A DNA stretch of 64,000 nucleotides from an uncultured Gammaproteobacteria bacterium (lineage in GTDB: Bacteria; Patescibacteriota; Microgenomatia; UBA10105; UBA927). A model generated the notes under the pieces. It saw nothing but the letters and a program-made list of their open reading frames with translations. It was not told the origin of the DNA and did no database searches. The stretch is taken from positions 16,218 to 80,217 of the forward strand of contig CAYMYO010000003.1 of assembly GCA_964394685.1 (NCBI GenBank), given 5' to 3'. The translations under genes were made by a program, and so were the position numbers. Positions 28,357 through 36,966 of this stretch are shown here, piece by piece. Every line of letters begins with the position of its first letter. Position 1 is the first letter of the stretch.

Positions 28357-28648
28357 ATATGGCTGTCAGGACAAATGATCCGGCGATGATGGCAAGTCCC
28401 AGAAGTGTTTGCCATATTCTACTCCATGCGCTTGTTAGTTTTTTTGCATCTCCTGCAGCGGTCATATATTCAAAACCAGCAATGATGATATTTACGAGTG
28501 CGTACATACCGGCCACAACAAAAATAAGCCGCAGGATATTTGAAAAAAAGGCAGTAAGCCCTCCACCCTCTACACCACCATAGAGGTTCAATGGATTCTT
28601 AATTTCCCCGACAATAGAATCAGCCGCAAAAATTTTTTCTAGTATCAT
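28292..28648 (-). CDS. T4SS pilin (VirB2/TrbC-like) paralog 2
   Basis: NIIIAGFEYMTAAGDAKKLTSAWSRIWQTLLGLAIIAGSFV core. 118 aa. Confidence 0.55.
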   Translation of the reverse strand: MILEKIFAADSIVGEIKNPLNLYGGVEGGGLTAFFSNILRLIFVVAGMYALVNIIIAGFEYMTAAGDAKKLTSAWSRIWQTLLGLAIIAGSFVLTAIFGYILFGNPMFMLSPVIYGPK

Positions 28649-28995
28649 AAAAAAGTCGGTTTGAGAATGTCAATACCAGTAATAATTTCAATAATTTGAA
28701 TGATCCAATACGCTGCAATAATCAATATTAGTCCGGTGAGTGCGCTGGTAATAGTGTTTTTCCCTTTTTCCTTGGCTTTTGCATCTCCTCCTGCTGATAC
28801 TATAAAGCTAAATCCGCCTAAAATCAATAAAACAAGGCATATGACCCCGGCAATAGTCAGCGCATTTTTAAGAAGTATGTTAACAAGAGTACTAATAGAG
28901 GTGATGGATGTTGACGGAGCAAGATCTTTTAAGTCCATATAAAAAGTGTACGAAAAACAAGTAGCAAATACAAGGCTGAGTTTGTATAATAGCAC
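28645..28995 (-). CDS. T4SS pilin (VirB2/TrbC-like) paralog 1
   Basis: LLILGGFSFIVSAGGDAKAKEKGKNTITSALTGLILIIAAYW core. First gene of the six-gene array. Divergent from the ECF sigma gene. Confidence 0.55.
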   Translation of the reverse strand: MLLYKLSLVFATCFSYTFYMDLKDLAPSTSITSISTLVNILLKNALTIAGVICLVLLILGGFSFIVSAGGDAKAKEKGKNTITSALTGLILIIAAYWIIQIIEIITGIDILKPTFL

Positions 28996-28996
28996 T

Positions 28997-29509
28997 ATGT
29001 TTCTTCGTGATAAACAGACAGCCGCAAAATTTTACCAAACATATAGACCAAAACTGTTGGCTTTTGTGCGGTCTAAAATTACCAATCCTCATGAAGCAGA
29101 AGACGTTGTGCAGGATACTTTATTTGCGTTTCTTGAGGCAATCCGTGATTTTCATGGAAACTGTCGGATATCTACATACCTTTTTTCCATTTGCAGACAT
29201 AAAGTAATAGATTATTATAGGAAGAAAAAAATAAAACAGATTGTATTTTCTCATGCTTCGGAAATAGAAGACGTATTATCACCGCTTTTGAGTCCGGAAG
29301 AAACATTAGACGCAGTTTTACTGAAAGAAAAGCTTCATAAAACACTTCAAAAATTGTTGCCTCAATATACGTATATTCTTCAAGCGCGATATATTCTTAA
29401 TATGTCTGTCGCTGATATCGCAAAAAAACTGGCTACCACGCTCAAAAGCGCAGAAATGACCTTGTTTCGGGCACGAAAAGCATTTATACAAACGTATGAA
29501 AAAGAATAA
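28997..29509 (+). CDS. ECF-type RNA polymerase sigma-70 family factor
   Basis: Region 2 (YRPKLLAFVRSKI...EAEDVVQDTLFAFLEAIRDF) and region 4 HTH (LQARYILNMSVADIAKKLATTLKSAEMTLFRARK). Start taken at the second Met to avoid a divergent overlap. The ORF track starts at 28946. Confidence 0.7.
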   Translation: MFLRDKQTAAKFYQTYRPKLLAFVRSKITNPHEAEDVVQDTLFAFLEAIRDFHGNCRISTYLFSICRHKVIDYYRKKKIKQIVFSHASEIEDVLSPLLSPEETLDAVLLKEKLHKTLQKLLPQYTYILQARYILNMSVADIAKKLATTLKSAEMTLFRARKAFIQTYEKE

Positions 29510-29726
29510 TAAGCAAGCGTTTTTGAACAGGTGGCAGGAGACGACTGAAATTCCTGTGCAAACCATTGGACCCTTTACTCCGTATTACAAAGAAGTGACA
29601 AAGCGATTAAAAACAATGCCATTTCCATTATTAATTGCAGTATCCATTATAATCGTGGGATTGCTGGTATACTTGCTTGGGTCTTCTGTAACCAGACTCG
29701 TGTCCTTATTACAACGAGGGTTTTAA
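29496..29726 (+). CDS. small single-TM protein, putative anti-sigma factor
   Basis: Overlaps the sigma stop by 14 nt. Single TM (FPLLIAVSIIIVGLLVYLLG). The assignment is positional only. Confidence 0.3.
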   Translation: MKKNNKQAFLNRWQETTEIPVQTIGPFTPYYKEVTKRLKTMPFPLLIAVSIIIVGLLVYLLGSSVTRLVSLLQRGF

Positions 29727-29761
29727 GCTCCTCATACGACTAATTTATACTACCCTTTGTC

Positions 29762-30409
29762 ATGCTGAATTTGTTTCAGCATCTATTTATTATGTCAGAT
29801 CAACTAGTGCTCAGTTTTTATACGTTTGGTCGATCAATAATCGGTATTTTGACACGGCCGTATGAAACATACCGTAAGATTATTAATCACGGTTCATTGT
29901 GGGAATTCGTTCCGCTGACGATCCTTATTGCAAGCTATTTGGGTATTGCATCGCTTGTAAAAACTGCTGCGTTCCGTCCATACATTCTTACTAAGCAATT
30001 TGTTGTGTTGGGAAGCGCAGTGGGCGCAACATATATATTAGTTGTTGTGTTGTTATGGACAGTTGGAAAAATTGTTGGAGGGAAGGGGAAATTAAAAACA
30101 ATCGCTTTGGGATGGGCATATACGCTTATTCCGACGACAACATGGTTTTTGGCAACATCTTTTTTGTATATGCTTCTTCCTCCTCCAAGAACAACTCGTC
30201 CGCTGGGAATTCTTTTTAGCGCATCATTTCTTCTTTTTTCGTCTGTGCTTTTCTTCTGGAAAATTATTTTGTCGTACTTGACTCTACGCTTTAGTATGAA
30301 GCTCGACTTGCTTCGCATCAGTATTGTTTTTTGCATCGTTATCCCGATTGTTGCACTATACAGCATTGGAATGTACCGGTTAGGAATATTTAAAATTCCA
30401 TTCGTATGA
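29762..30409 (+). CDS. polytopic membrane protein (Yip1-like, uncertain)
   Basis: Five predicted TM helices in 215 aa. No catalytic motif. Confidence 0.3.
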   Translation: MLNLFQHLFIMSDQLVLSFYTFGRSIIGILTRPYETYRKIINHGSLWEFVPLTILIASYLGIASLVKTAAFRPYILTKQFVVLGSAVGATYILVVVLLWTVGKIVGGKGKLKTIALGWAYTLIPTTTWFLATSFLYMLLPPPRTTRPLGILFSASFLLFSSVLFFWKIILSYLTLRFSMKLDLLRISIVFCIVIPIVALYSIGMYRLGIFKIPFV

Positions 30410-31356
30410 AATTACACACTGAGGGTATGGTTAAAAAAATAGTTTTAGTAAAACCCCGGGGGTTATGTGCCGGAGTGGAGCGGGCTTTAAGAATTTTGGA
30501 TTTAGTGGTGAAAAAAAGCAAAGGACCAGTGTATTGCCGACACCAGATTGTACACAATAAAAAAGTCGTAGAAGAATTTATTAGAAAAGGCGTAGTTTTT
30601 GTGGAAGATTTAAACCAGGTACCCAATGGTTCGGTGGTGGTTTTTAGCGCTCACGGCAGTAGCCCGAAGTTTTTTAAATTAGCCCAAAGGAAAAATTTAA
30701 CAGTAATTGACAGTGTTTGCCCTCTAGTAACTAAGGTCCATATGGAGGCAAAAAGTTATACAAAAAGAGGCTACTTTGTTGTTTATTTGGGCCATAAAAA
30801 TCATCCCGAAGCGATCGGAGTCTTAGGGGAAACGGAAGGAAATTCAGTTTTAATCAACAATTTAGAAGAGGCCAAAAAGTTACGTTTAACGAAGAAAGCG
30901 GTTTTATTAACGCAAACAACTTTAAGTTTGGATGAAACCAAAGAAATTATTGACTATTTAAAAAAGCGCTGGCCGGACTTAGAGTTTCCACCCGGAAAAG
31001 ATATTTGTTTTTCCACAACCAACCGGCAGCTGGCGGTAAAAGAGTTAGCCAAAAAAGCAGACTTAATCTTGGTCGTGGGTTCAAAGGAAAGTTCAAACTC
31101 AAATCGGTTAAGAGAAATGGCGGAAAAATCAGGAATCTCAGCCTACCTAATTGACGGGCCGGAGGATTTACACGATGAATGGTTTGAGAATAAAAAAAAG
31201 GTTGGGATTACAGCCGGAGCGTCAGTGCCAGATAAATTTGTTCAACAAGTAATTCAGGCGGTTCAGAAAAGATACGGCGGAGTAGTTGAAGAATTGGAGA
31301 TTTTTCCAGAAAATGTCAAATTTCTTAACTTACCCAAAGAATTAGAAATGTTATGA
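30406..31356 (+). CDS. ispH: 4-hydroxy-3-methylbut-2-enyl diphosphate reductase
   Basis: N-terminal KPRGLCAGVERAL (IspH/LytB PRGFCAGV motif) and conserved Cys. 316 aa. Confidence 0.8.
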   Translation: MKLHTEGMVKKIVLVKPRGLCAGVERALRILDLVVKKSKGPVYCRHQIVHNKKVVEEFIRKGVVFVEDLNQVPNGSVVVFSAHGSSPKFFKLAQRKNLTVIDSVCPLVTKVHMEAKSYTKRGYFVVYLGHKNHPEAIGVLGETEGNSVLINNLEEAKKLRLTKKAVLLTQTTLSLDETKEIIDYLKKRWPDLEFPPGKDICFSTTNRQLAVKELAKKADLILVVGSKESSNSNRLREMAEKSGISAYLIDGPEDLHDEWFENKKKVGITAGASVPDKFVQQVIQAVQKRYGGVVEELEIFPENVKFLNLPKELEML

Positions 31357-32354
31357 AAAAAATAGCAATTTTAGGTTCAACAGGAGTAATTGGTTCTAAA
31401 GCTCTGGAAGTAGTTCGGGATTATCCTAAAGAGTTTAAAATTGTTAGTCTGGCTTGCGGCCATGAGTCAGAAAAATTTAAAGAGCAAATTAAGGAATTCA
31501 AGCCGGAGATCGCGACAGTTGGAGAAGAGGATTTGGTGAAAGCCGTATCTCATCCAGAGATTGATTTAGTAATCGTGGCAGTGGTGGGAACGGCCGGAAT
31601 TAAAGCGACGCTAGCAGCGATTAAACAGAAAAAAAATATTGGGTTGGCAACAAAAGAAGTATTGGTGGTAGCCGGAGAAGAGGTGATGAAGGAGGCAAGA
31701 AAAAATGAGGTAGAAATAATTCCAATTGACAGCGAACACAGTGCAATTTTCCAGAGCCTAAAATCCGGAGAAAAAAGAGAAATAAAAAATATTTATTTAA
31801 CGATAGGGCAGGGCAAAATCAGTCAAATGAACAGAGAAGAGTTGGAAAAAGTGACGCCGGAAATGGTGTTAAATCGGAAAACGTGGACGATGGGACAAAA
31901 AATCAGCGTGGATAGCGCCACGTGTATTAATAAAGCGTTTGAAATTATTGAAGCCAGGTGGTTGTTTGGAGTTCGGCCGGAGCAAATTCAAGTGGTGATC
32001 CACCCAGAATATCTATGTCATTCGATGGTGGAATTTGTGGACGGTTCAGTGATAGCGGAGTTGGGCGTACCGGACATGAAGCGATATGTATCTTACGCGA
32101 TGTTTTATCCGCAAAGACGGGAAGTTAAAAACATTCCCCAAATAAATTTAGCTGAGAAAAGTTTATCTTTTAAGGCAGTCGACTTGGAAAAATTTCCAGG
32201 GTTGCAGTTAGGGTATTTGGTTTTGGAAAAAGGGGGTAGGGCGGCGGAAATTTTATACCAGACAGACGAGGCAGCCGTAGCTGAGTTTTTAAAAGGAGAA
32301 ATTAAGTTCACCCAAATAATCCCTATGATTGAAATGGAGATGAAAAAACTATGA
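31353..32354 (+). CDS. dxr: 1-deoxy-D-xylulose 5-phosphate reductoisomerase
   Basis: KKIAILGSTGVIGSKAL NADPH-binding N-terminus. Conserved IPIDSEHSAIFQ. Short for Dxr at 333 aa. Conserved IDSEHSAIFQ segment is present. Confidence 0.75.
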   Translation: MKKIAILGSTGVIGSKALEVVRDYPKEFKIVSLACGHESEKFKEQIKEFKPEIATVGEEDLVKAVSHPEIDLVIVAVVGTAGIKATLAAIKQKKNIGLATKEVLVVAGEEVMKEARKNEVEIIPIDSEHSAIFQSLKSGEKREIKNIYLTIGQGKISQMNREELEKVTPEMVLNRKTWTMGQKISVDSATCINKAFEIIEARWLFGVRPEQIQVVIHPEYLCHSMVEFVDGSVIAELGVPDMKRYVSYAMFYPQRREVKNIPQINLAEKSLSFKAVDLEKFPGLQLGYLVLEKGGRAAEILYQTDEAAVAEFLKGEIKFTQIIPMIEMEMKKL

Positions 32355-33016
32355 TTTCTGCTATTATCACTTGCGCCGGCAACAGTTCCCGATTCGGAAA
32401 AGAAAAGTTGTTTAAATTAATTAAAGGCGAGCCGGTTTTTATCCGAACAGTAAAACAGTTTGTTCAAGTTAAAGAAATAGGGGAAGTGGTAGTGGTGGTG
32501 AGGAAAGATACCAGAAAAAGATTTGAACGATGGCTGCAGAAATTCAAGCTCACTCCCAAATTGGTTGAGGGCGGAGAGGAGCGGTATATTTCTGCCTATA
32601 AAGGGGTGCAGGTCAGCCGGGGACGTTACGTTTTAATTCATGACGGCGCCAGGCCTTTGGTTTCCGCAAAATTAATTAAGAAGGTGATTAAAGCGGTTAA
32701 GCAGTATCCGGCAGTCATGACGGCGTTGGAAGCAACGACCTGCGTAAAATTAATTAATCCGAAAAAAATGGAAGTGGAACAATGTTTGGAGAGACAGAAA
32801 AGCTGGCTGGGCCAGACTCCGCACGGTTTTAAAAAAGAGATTATTTTGCGGGCGTACGAAAAAGCGATGAAAGGGGAAATAAGCGGAATGGACGATTGTG
32901 AATTAGTCAGAAAAACCGGAGTGAAAGTAAGGGTGGTTCCGGGAGAATGGACCAACAAAAAAATCACTTTGCCGTCTGATTTAGACATTATTAAAAACTG
33001 GAGTAAATATGTTTAG
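32351..33016 (+). CDS. ispD: 2-C-methyl-D-erythritol 4-phosphate cytidylyltransferase
   Basis: AIITCAGNSSRFG (IspD AxGxGxRxG-type motif). 221 aa. Confidence 0.8.
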   Translation: MISAIITCAGNSSRFGKEKLFKLIKGEPVFIRTVKQFVQVKEIGEVVVVVRKDTRKRFERWLQKFKLTPKLVEGGEERYISAYKGVQVSRGRYVLIHDGARPLVSAKLIKKVIKAVKQYPAVMTALEATTCVKLINPKKMEVEQCLERQKSWLGQTPHGFKKEIILRAYEKAMKGEISGMDDCELVRKTGVKVRVVPGEWTNKKITLPSDLDIIKNWSKYV

Positions 33017-33479
33017 AATCGGTTTAGGTCAGGATAGCCATAGATTAAAAGAAGGTGGTGAGTTAATTCTCGGAGGGGTCCAAATAACAGAAGAATGTTC
33101 TTTGGAGGCGGATTCAGACGGGGACGTGATTATTCATAGTTTATGTAATGCCTTATCAACAGCCATTGGCGGAGGGTCGTTGGATACTTGGGCGGGGGAG
33201 ATGTTTAGAAACGGAATTACGGACAGCAAAGAGTATTTAAGAAAAATTTTAGCCAAAGTTAAGGCCGGAAAATATACAATTAATAATGTGGCGATTATGG
33301 TCGAGGCAGCTAAGCCAAAACTGGAAAAATATCGGGAGGAAATACAAAAATCTTTAGCTAAGTTATTAGAGATTGAAGCGGAGAAGGTTGGGATGGCGTT
33401 TACCAGTGGTGATGGGTTAACTAGTTTTGGGCGGGGGGAAGGAATACAAGTAATCAGCACGGTGTTAATCGAAAAATGA
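33009..33479 (+). CDS. ispF: 2-C-methyl-D-erythritol 2,4-cyclodiphosphate synthase
   Basis: RIGLGQDSHRL (RIGxGxDxH) and SDGDVIIHSL (second IspF motif). 156 aa. Confidence 0.85.
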   Translation: MFRIGLGQDSHRLKEGGELILGGVQITEECSLEADSDGDVIIHSLCNALSTAIGGGSLDTWAGEMFRNGITDSKEYLRKILAKVKAGKYTINNVAIMVEAAKPKLEKYREEIQKSLAKLLEIEAEKVGMAFTSGDGLTSFGRGEGIQVISTVLIEK

Positions 33480-34258
33480 AGCTAAAACTGAGAGCGCCAG
33501 CTAAGATTAATTTAGGCTTAAGCATTTTGAAAAAGCTTGATAATGGCTTTCATAAAGTGAAAACAATTTATACAAAAATAAATATATTCGACTTGATAGA
33601 GCTGGAAGAAATAAAACAGGATTATATTGATTTTCTGGACAAAAATAACTTGGTTTACAGAGCGGCATGGCTGGTTAAAAACGAGTTAAAAATAAAACGG
33701 GGAGTAAAAATAAGCTTAACAAAAAAGATTCCGGCGGGGTCAGGCTTAGGTGGCGGCAGCAGTGATGCGGCCGCGGTTTTAAGAGGCTTAAATAAAATAT
33801 GGCAGCTGAATTTAAAAGAAAAAGAATTAATTAAGTTAGGAAAGAAATTGGGTAGTGACGTTGCTTATCAAATCGTTGGCGGTACAAAACTGGAAATTCA
33901 GGGAGGCAAAAAAGCAGGGAAATTTGTTGATTTAGGAAAATTAATTAAAGATTGGATTGTGGTTTGCGTACCGAATATTTTTATCAGCAGTCAGGAAGCC
34001 TATCAGAAAGTCGCGTATGATAAAGTCGGCAAAAACGAAGTTTTATGGCACAATGATTTTGAAATTTGGACTTTTAAGCAATATCCTGAAATAAAGAAAA
34101 TTAAAGAAATGATGATAAAAAATAGCGCCGAAAAAAGTTTGATGAGCGGTAAAGGTTCAGCAGTGTTTGGAATATTTAAAGATAAAAAAGAAGCGAAAAA
34201 AGTATATAATCAATTAAAATTAAAATACGAGCAAACATATTTAACTAAATCTTTATGA
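33476..34258 (+). CDS. ispE: 4-diphosphocytidyl-2-C-methyl-D-erythritol kinase
   Basis: APAKINLGLSI N-terminus and GHMP-kinase motif PAGSGLGGGSSDAAA. 260 aa. Confidence 0.75.
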   Translation: MKLKLRAPAKINLGLSILKKLDNGFHKVKTIYTKINIFDLIELEEIKQDYIDFLDKNNLVYRAAWLVKNELKIKRGVKISLTKKIPAGSGLGGGSSDAAAVLRGLNKIWQLNLKEKELIKLGKKLGSDVAYQIVGGTKLEIQGGKKAGKFVDLGKLIKDWIVVCVPNIFISSQEAYQKVAYDKVGKNEVLWHNDFEIWTFKQYPEIKKIKEMMIKNSAEKSLMSGKGSAVFGIFKDKKEAKKVYNQLKLKYEQTYLTKSL

Positions 34259-35310
34259 TTAAAAGAAGACTAACGAAAAAAATCAGAGTGGGGAAAATTG
34301 CTATCGGCGGAGATAGTCCGATTACAGTGCAGACAATGGTGAAAGTTGATGCCCATGACGTTAAAGCGGTGGTCAGGCAAATCCGGGAACAAGAAGAAGC
34401 CGGATGCGATATTACCCGGATGAATGTTTTGGATATGGAGAGTGTCAAGAATTTTTCCAAGATTAAAAAAGAAATTCATATCCCAATTGTGGCGGATATT
34501 CATTTGAATTATGAGTGGGCTTTGGAGGCGATCAAGCAAGGGGTGGATAAATTAAGAATCAATCCGGGGAATATAGGCGGAATTGATAAGGTTAAACAGG
34601 TGGTGAAACTGGCTAAAGAAAGAGGAGTGCCGATTCGGATCGGAGTTAATGCCGGTTCTTTGGAAAGGGATTTGCTCATAAAATATAGCCGGCCAACACC
34701 GGAAGCCTTAGTTGAGTCAGCCAGCCGGCACATTAAAATTTTGGAAGATTTAAACTTTGACCAGATTGTGGTGTCGTTAAAAGCGTCGGATGTAATTCAA
34801 ATGACACAGGCCTACAGATTATTCAGTCAAAAATACGATTACCCGGTCCATTTAGGGGTGACTGAAGCCGGACCGCCGAGCATTGGGACAATTGTTTCCA
34901 GTATGGGAATTGGGTCGTTATTATTGGAGGGAATCGGAGACACGATCAGAGTGTCTTTAAGCGGAGACAGCCGGGAAGAAATCAGGGTGGGAAAAGAGAT
35001 TTTAAAAAATTTAGGCTTAAAAAGCGGGCCGATTTTGGTTTCCTGCCCGACCTGCAGCCGGACTCAATATGACATGATTCCTTTAGTAGCCAAAGTGGAA
35101 AAATATTTACAAACAATTGAAAAACCGATTAAGGTGGCAGTGATGGGGTGTGTGGTGAACGGGCCGGGAGAAGCGAGAGAGGCGGATGTGGGAATTGCCG
35201 GAGGAAAAAATGCCGGAGTGATTTTTAGTAAAGGAAAGATTGTGAAGACGGTGAAAGAAAAAGAGATGTTTGAAGAATTAAGAAAGCATATTGAGCAGTT
35301 ACTTGCTTAG
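34255..35310 (+). CDS. ispG: 4-hydroxy-3-methylbut-2-enyl diphosphate synthase (GcpE)
   Basis: TVQTMVKVD N-terminal TIM-barrel region. CPTCSRT plus downstream MGCVVNGPGE Cys ligands of the 4Fe-4S domain. Confidence 0.85.
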   Translation: MIKRRLTKKIRVGKIAIGGDSPITVQTMVKVDAHDVKAVVRQIREQEEAGCDITRMNVLDMESVKNFSKIKKEIHIPIVADIHLNYEWALEAIKQGVDKLRINPGNIGGIDKVKQVVKLAKERGVPIRIGVNAGSLERDLLIKYSRPTPEALVESASRHIKILEDLNFDQIVVSLKASDVIQMTQAYRLFSQKYDYPVHLGVTEAGPPSIGTIVSSMGIGSLLLEGIGDTIRVSLSGDSREEIRVGKEILKNLGLKSGPILVSCPTCSRTQYDMIPLVAKVEKYLQTIEKPIKVAVMGCVVNGPGEAREADVGIAGGKNAGVIFSKGKIVKTVKEKEMFEELRKHIEQLLA

Positions 35311-35380
35311 GTTTTGGCCTTGGGTTTGATACACGGGAAAGAAATATTGAGTACGCGCATAGAAACGTAAACAAAGTACG

Positions 35381-35911
35381 ATGACCATGTTAAATCAAAT
35401 AGATACGACAGATGATCAGTCAGAACAATTTATTATAGTTGATGTGCATGACAATATCATTGGATATAAATCACGGTATGAGTGTCATCATAATAAAACA
35501 CTCATACATCGCACAGTTGGTACAGCGATCTTTAATTCAAAAGGTGAACTTTTATTATTAAAACGGAGCAGGACGAAAGATTTAGGAGCTGGTCTATGGG
35601 ATGTGTGTTCTGCAGGACATGTAAATAAAAATGAATTATATGAGCAAGCTGCTAAAAGAGAACTATTTGAAGAACTAGGTATTGATAATCCATTGGTTTT
35701 TCACTCAAAGACTATTTTTTCTGACTCCAATGAAACAGAGATGCAAGGATTATTTACCACGAAATATGATGGAGAATTTAAAATAAACAAAGAGGAAATC
35801 GAAGAAATTTTGTTTATTCAGCCAAACACATTACGAAGAAAATTACAAGTGAAAGAAATACTATTATCTGCTTGGGCCAAGCAGGATGTAAAAAAATTAC
35901 ATATCGTATGA
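35381..35911 (+). CDS. idi: isopentenyl-diphosphate delta-isomerase type 1 (Nudix fold), probable
   Basis: LHRTVGTAIFNSKGELLLLKRSRTKDLGAGLWDVCSAGH and ELFEELGI follow the IDI-1 pattern (H..F.....N.G.lLlQ.R....K...G.W...C..H). 176 aa. Confidence 0.6.
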   Translation: MTMLNQIDTTDDQSEQFIIVDVHDNIIGYKSRYECHHNKTLIHRTVGTAIFNSKGELLLLKRSRTKDLGAGLWDVCSAGHVNKNELYEQAAKRELFEELGIDNPLVFHSKTIFSDSNETEMQGLFTTKYDGEFKINKEEIEEILFIQPNTLRRKLQVKEILLSAWAKQDVKKLHIV

Positions 35912-36591
35912 AGCAAGGACAAATTCCGACACATATCGCAGTAATTATGGACGGGAATCGCAGGTGGGCAAAAGAACGAGGACTTCCCATTCTTGAAGGG
36001 CATCGAAAAGTAGCCGATGAGATACTCGAACCCCTGATTGAAGCTGCTGCGAAATGCGGGGTGAAATACATGACGTTCTGGGCATTTTCAACAGAAAATT
36101 GGAAGCGATCTGAAAAAGAAGTGCATGGGATTATGACAATTTTCAGACACGTGGTACAAAAACGATGGCAGAAACTTCACGAAAAAGGCGTGCGTATTCG
36201 GGTGATCGGAGATATTTCAAAGTTTCCTCATGATATTTCTGATGCCCTTACAAAAGTAGTGGAGCAAACAAAAGGTAACAATAAAATAACTGTTGTGTTT
36301 GCACTTAATTACGGGGGTCGTGACGAGATAGTACGTGCGGTGAAAAAAACAAAAAACATTTTAAAAATAAATGAACAAGAATTTTCAACTCTTCTTGATA
36401 CACAAGGAATTCCGGATCCAGAACTCATTATTCGGACAGGCGGAGAACAACGACTGTCAGGCTTTCTTCTTTGGCAAAGTGAATACAGTGAGTTATATTT
36501 TCCTTCGTGGTATATGCCCGAATTCACCCCAAAAAAGCTTGATGAAGTTATTAATGAGTATGAGAAACGAAACCGAAGATTTGGAAAGTAA
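35872..36591 (+). CDS. uppS: undecaprenyl/isoprenyl diphosphate synthase (cis-prenyltransferase)
   Basis: HIAVIMDGNRRWA signature. Probable start at the Met at 35908 (MKQGQ), overlapping the idi stop by 4 nt. Confidence 0.85.
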   Translation: MGQAGCKKITYRMKQGQIPTHIAVIMDGNRRWAKERGLPILEGHRKVADEILEPLIEAAAKCGVKYMTFWAFSTENWKRSEKEVHGIMTIFRHVVQKRWQKLHEKGVRIRVIGDISKFPHDISDALTKVVEQTKGNNKITVVFALNYGGRDEIVRAVKKTKNILKINEQEFSTLLDTQGIPDPELIIRTGGEQRLSGFLLWQSEYSELYFPSWYMPEFTPKKLDEVINEYEKRNRRFGK

Positions 36592-36966
36592 CTATTTGAA
36601 TATATCTGTTATTCCCTTCATTCCAAAAACTATCCCTGTTATTTGTACGAGCCAGTACGCAACAAAGATGATCACAAACCCAGTTATTCCATTCGTAAGT
36701 CCCTTTTTCCCTTTTTCCATGGCTTTTGCATCGCCCGCGCTGGTCAGAAGCGTAAATCCGGCGCTTAAGATAACAATGAGTAATCCTATCCCGGCAAGAA
36801 CATAGATATAGTTTGTAATTCCTGTGACGACAGAAGCGGTGTTTGTGAATTTAAATCCTGTTGGATATGGGATTTGAATTGGTGATCCGCTTGGTCCAGG
36901 AAGAATAAGTTGTGCAAGTGTGTTCATATTATTTAAATCCCGGAACGCCGAGAATATCTGCGCCAA
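36592..36966 (-). CDS. T4SS pilin (VirB2/TrbC-like) paralog, dispersed copy
   Basis: ILSAGFTLLTSAGDAKAMEKGKKGLTNGITGFVIIFVAYW core matches the tandem array at 26.8-29.0 kb. Confidence 0.55.
   Translation of the reverse strand: MAQIFSAFRDLNNMNTLAQLILPGPSGSPIQIPYPTGFKFTNTASVVTGITNYIYVLAGIGLLIVILSAGFTLLTSAGDAKAMEKGKKGLTNGITGFVIIFVAYWLVQITGIVFGMKGITDIFK

Noticed and set aside
27242-28583. Plus-strand ORFs (154, 148 and 74 aa) overlapping the pilin array
   Set aside because: They are antisense to the conserved pilin genes and their products are low-complexity, Pro/Ala-rich or Arg-rich. The pilin reading frames are supported by paralog conservation, so these are shadow ORFs.
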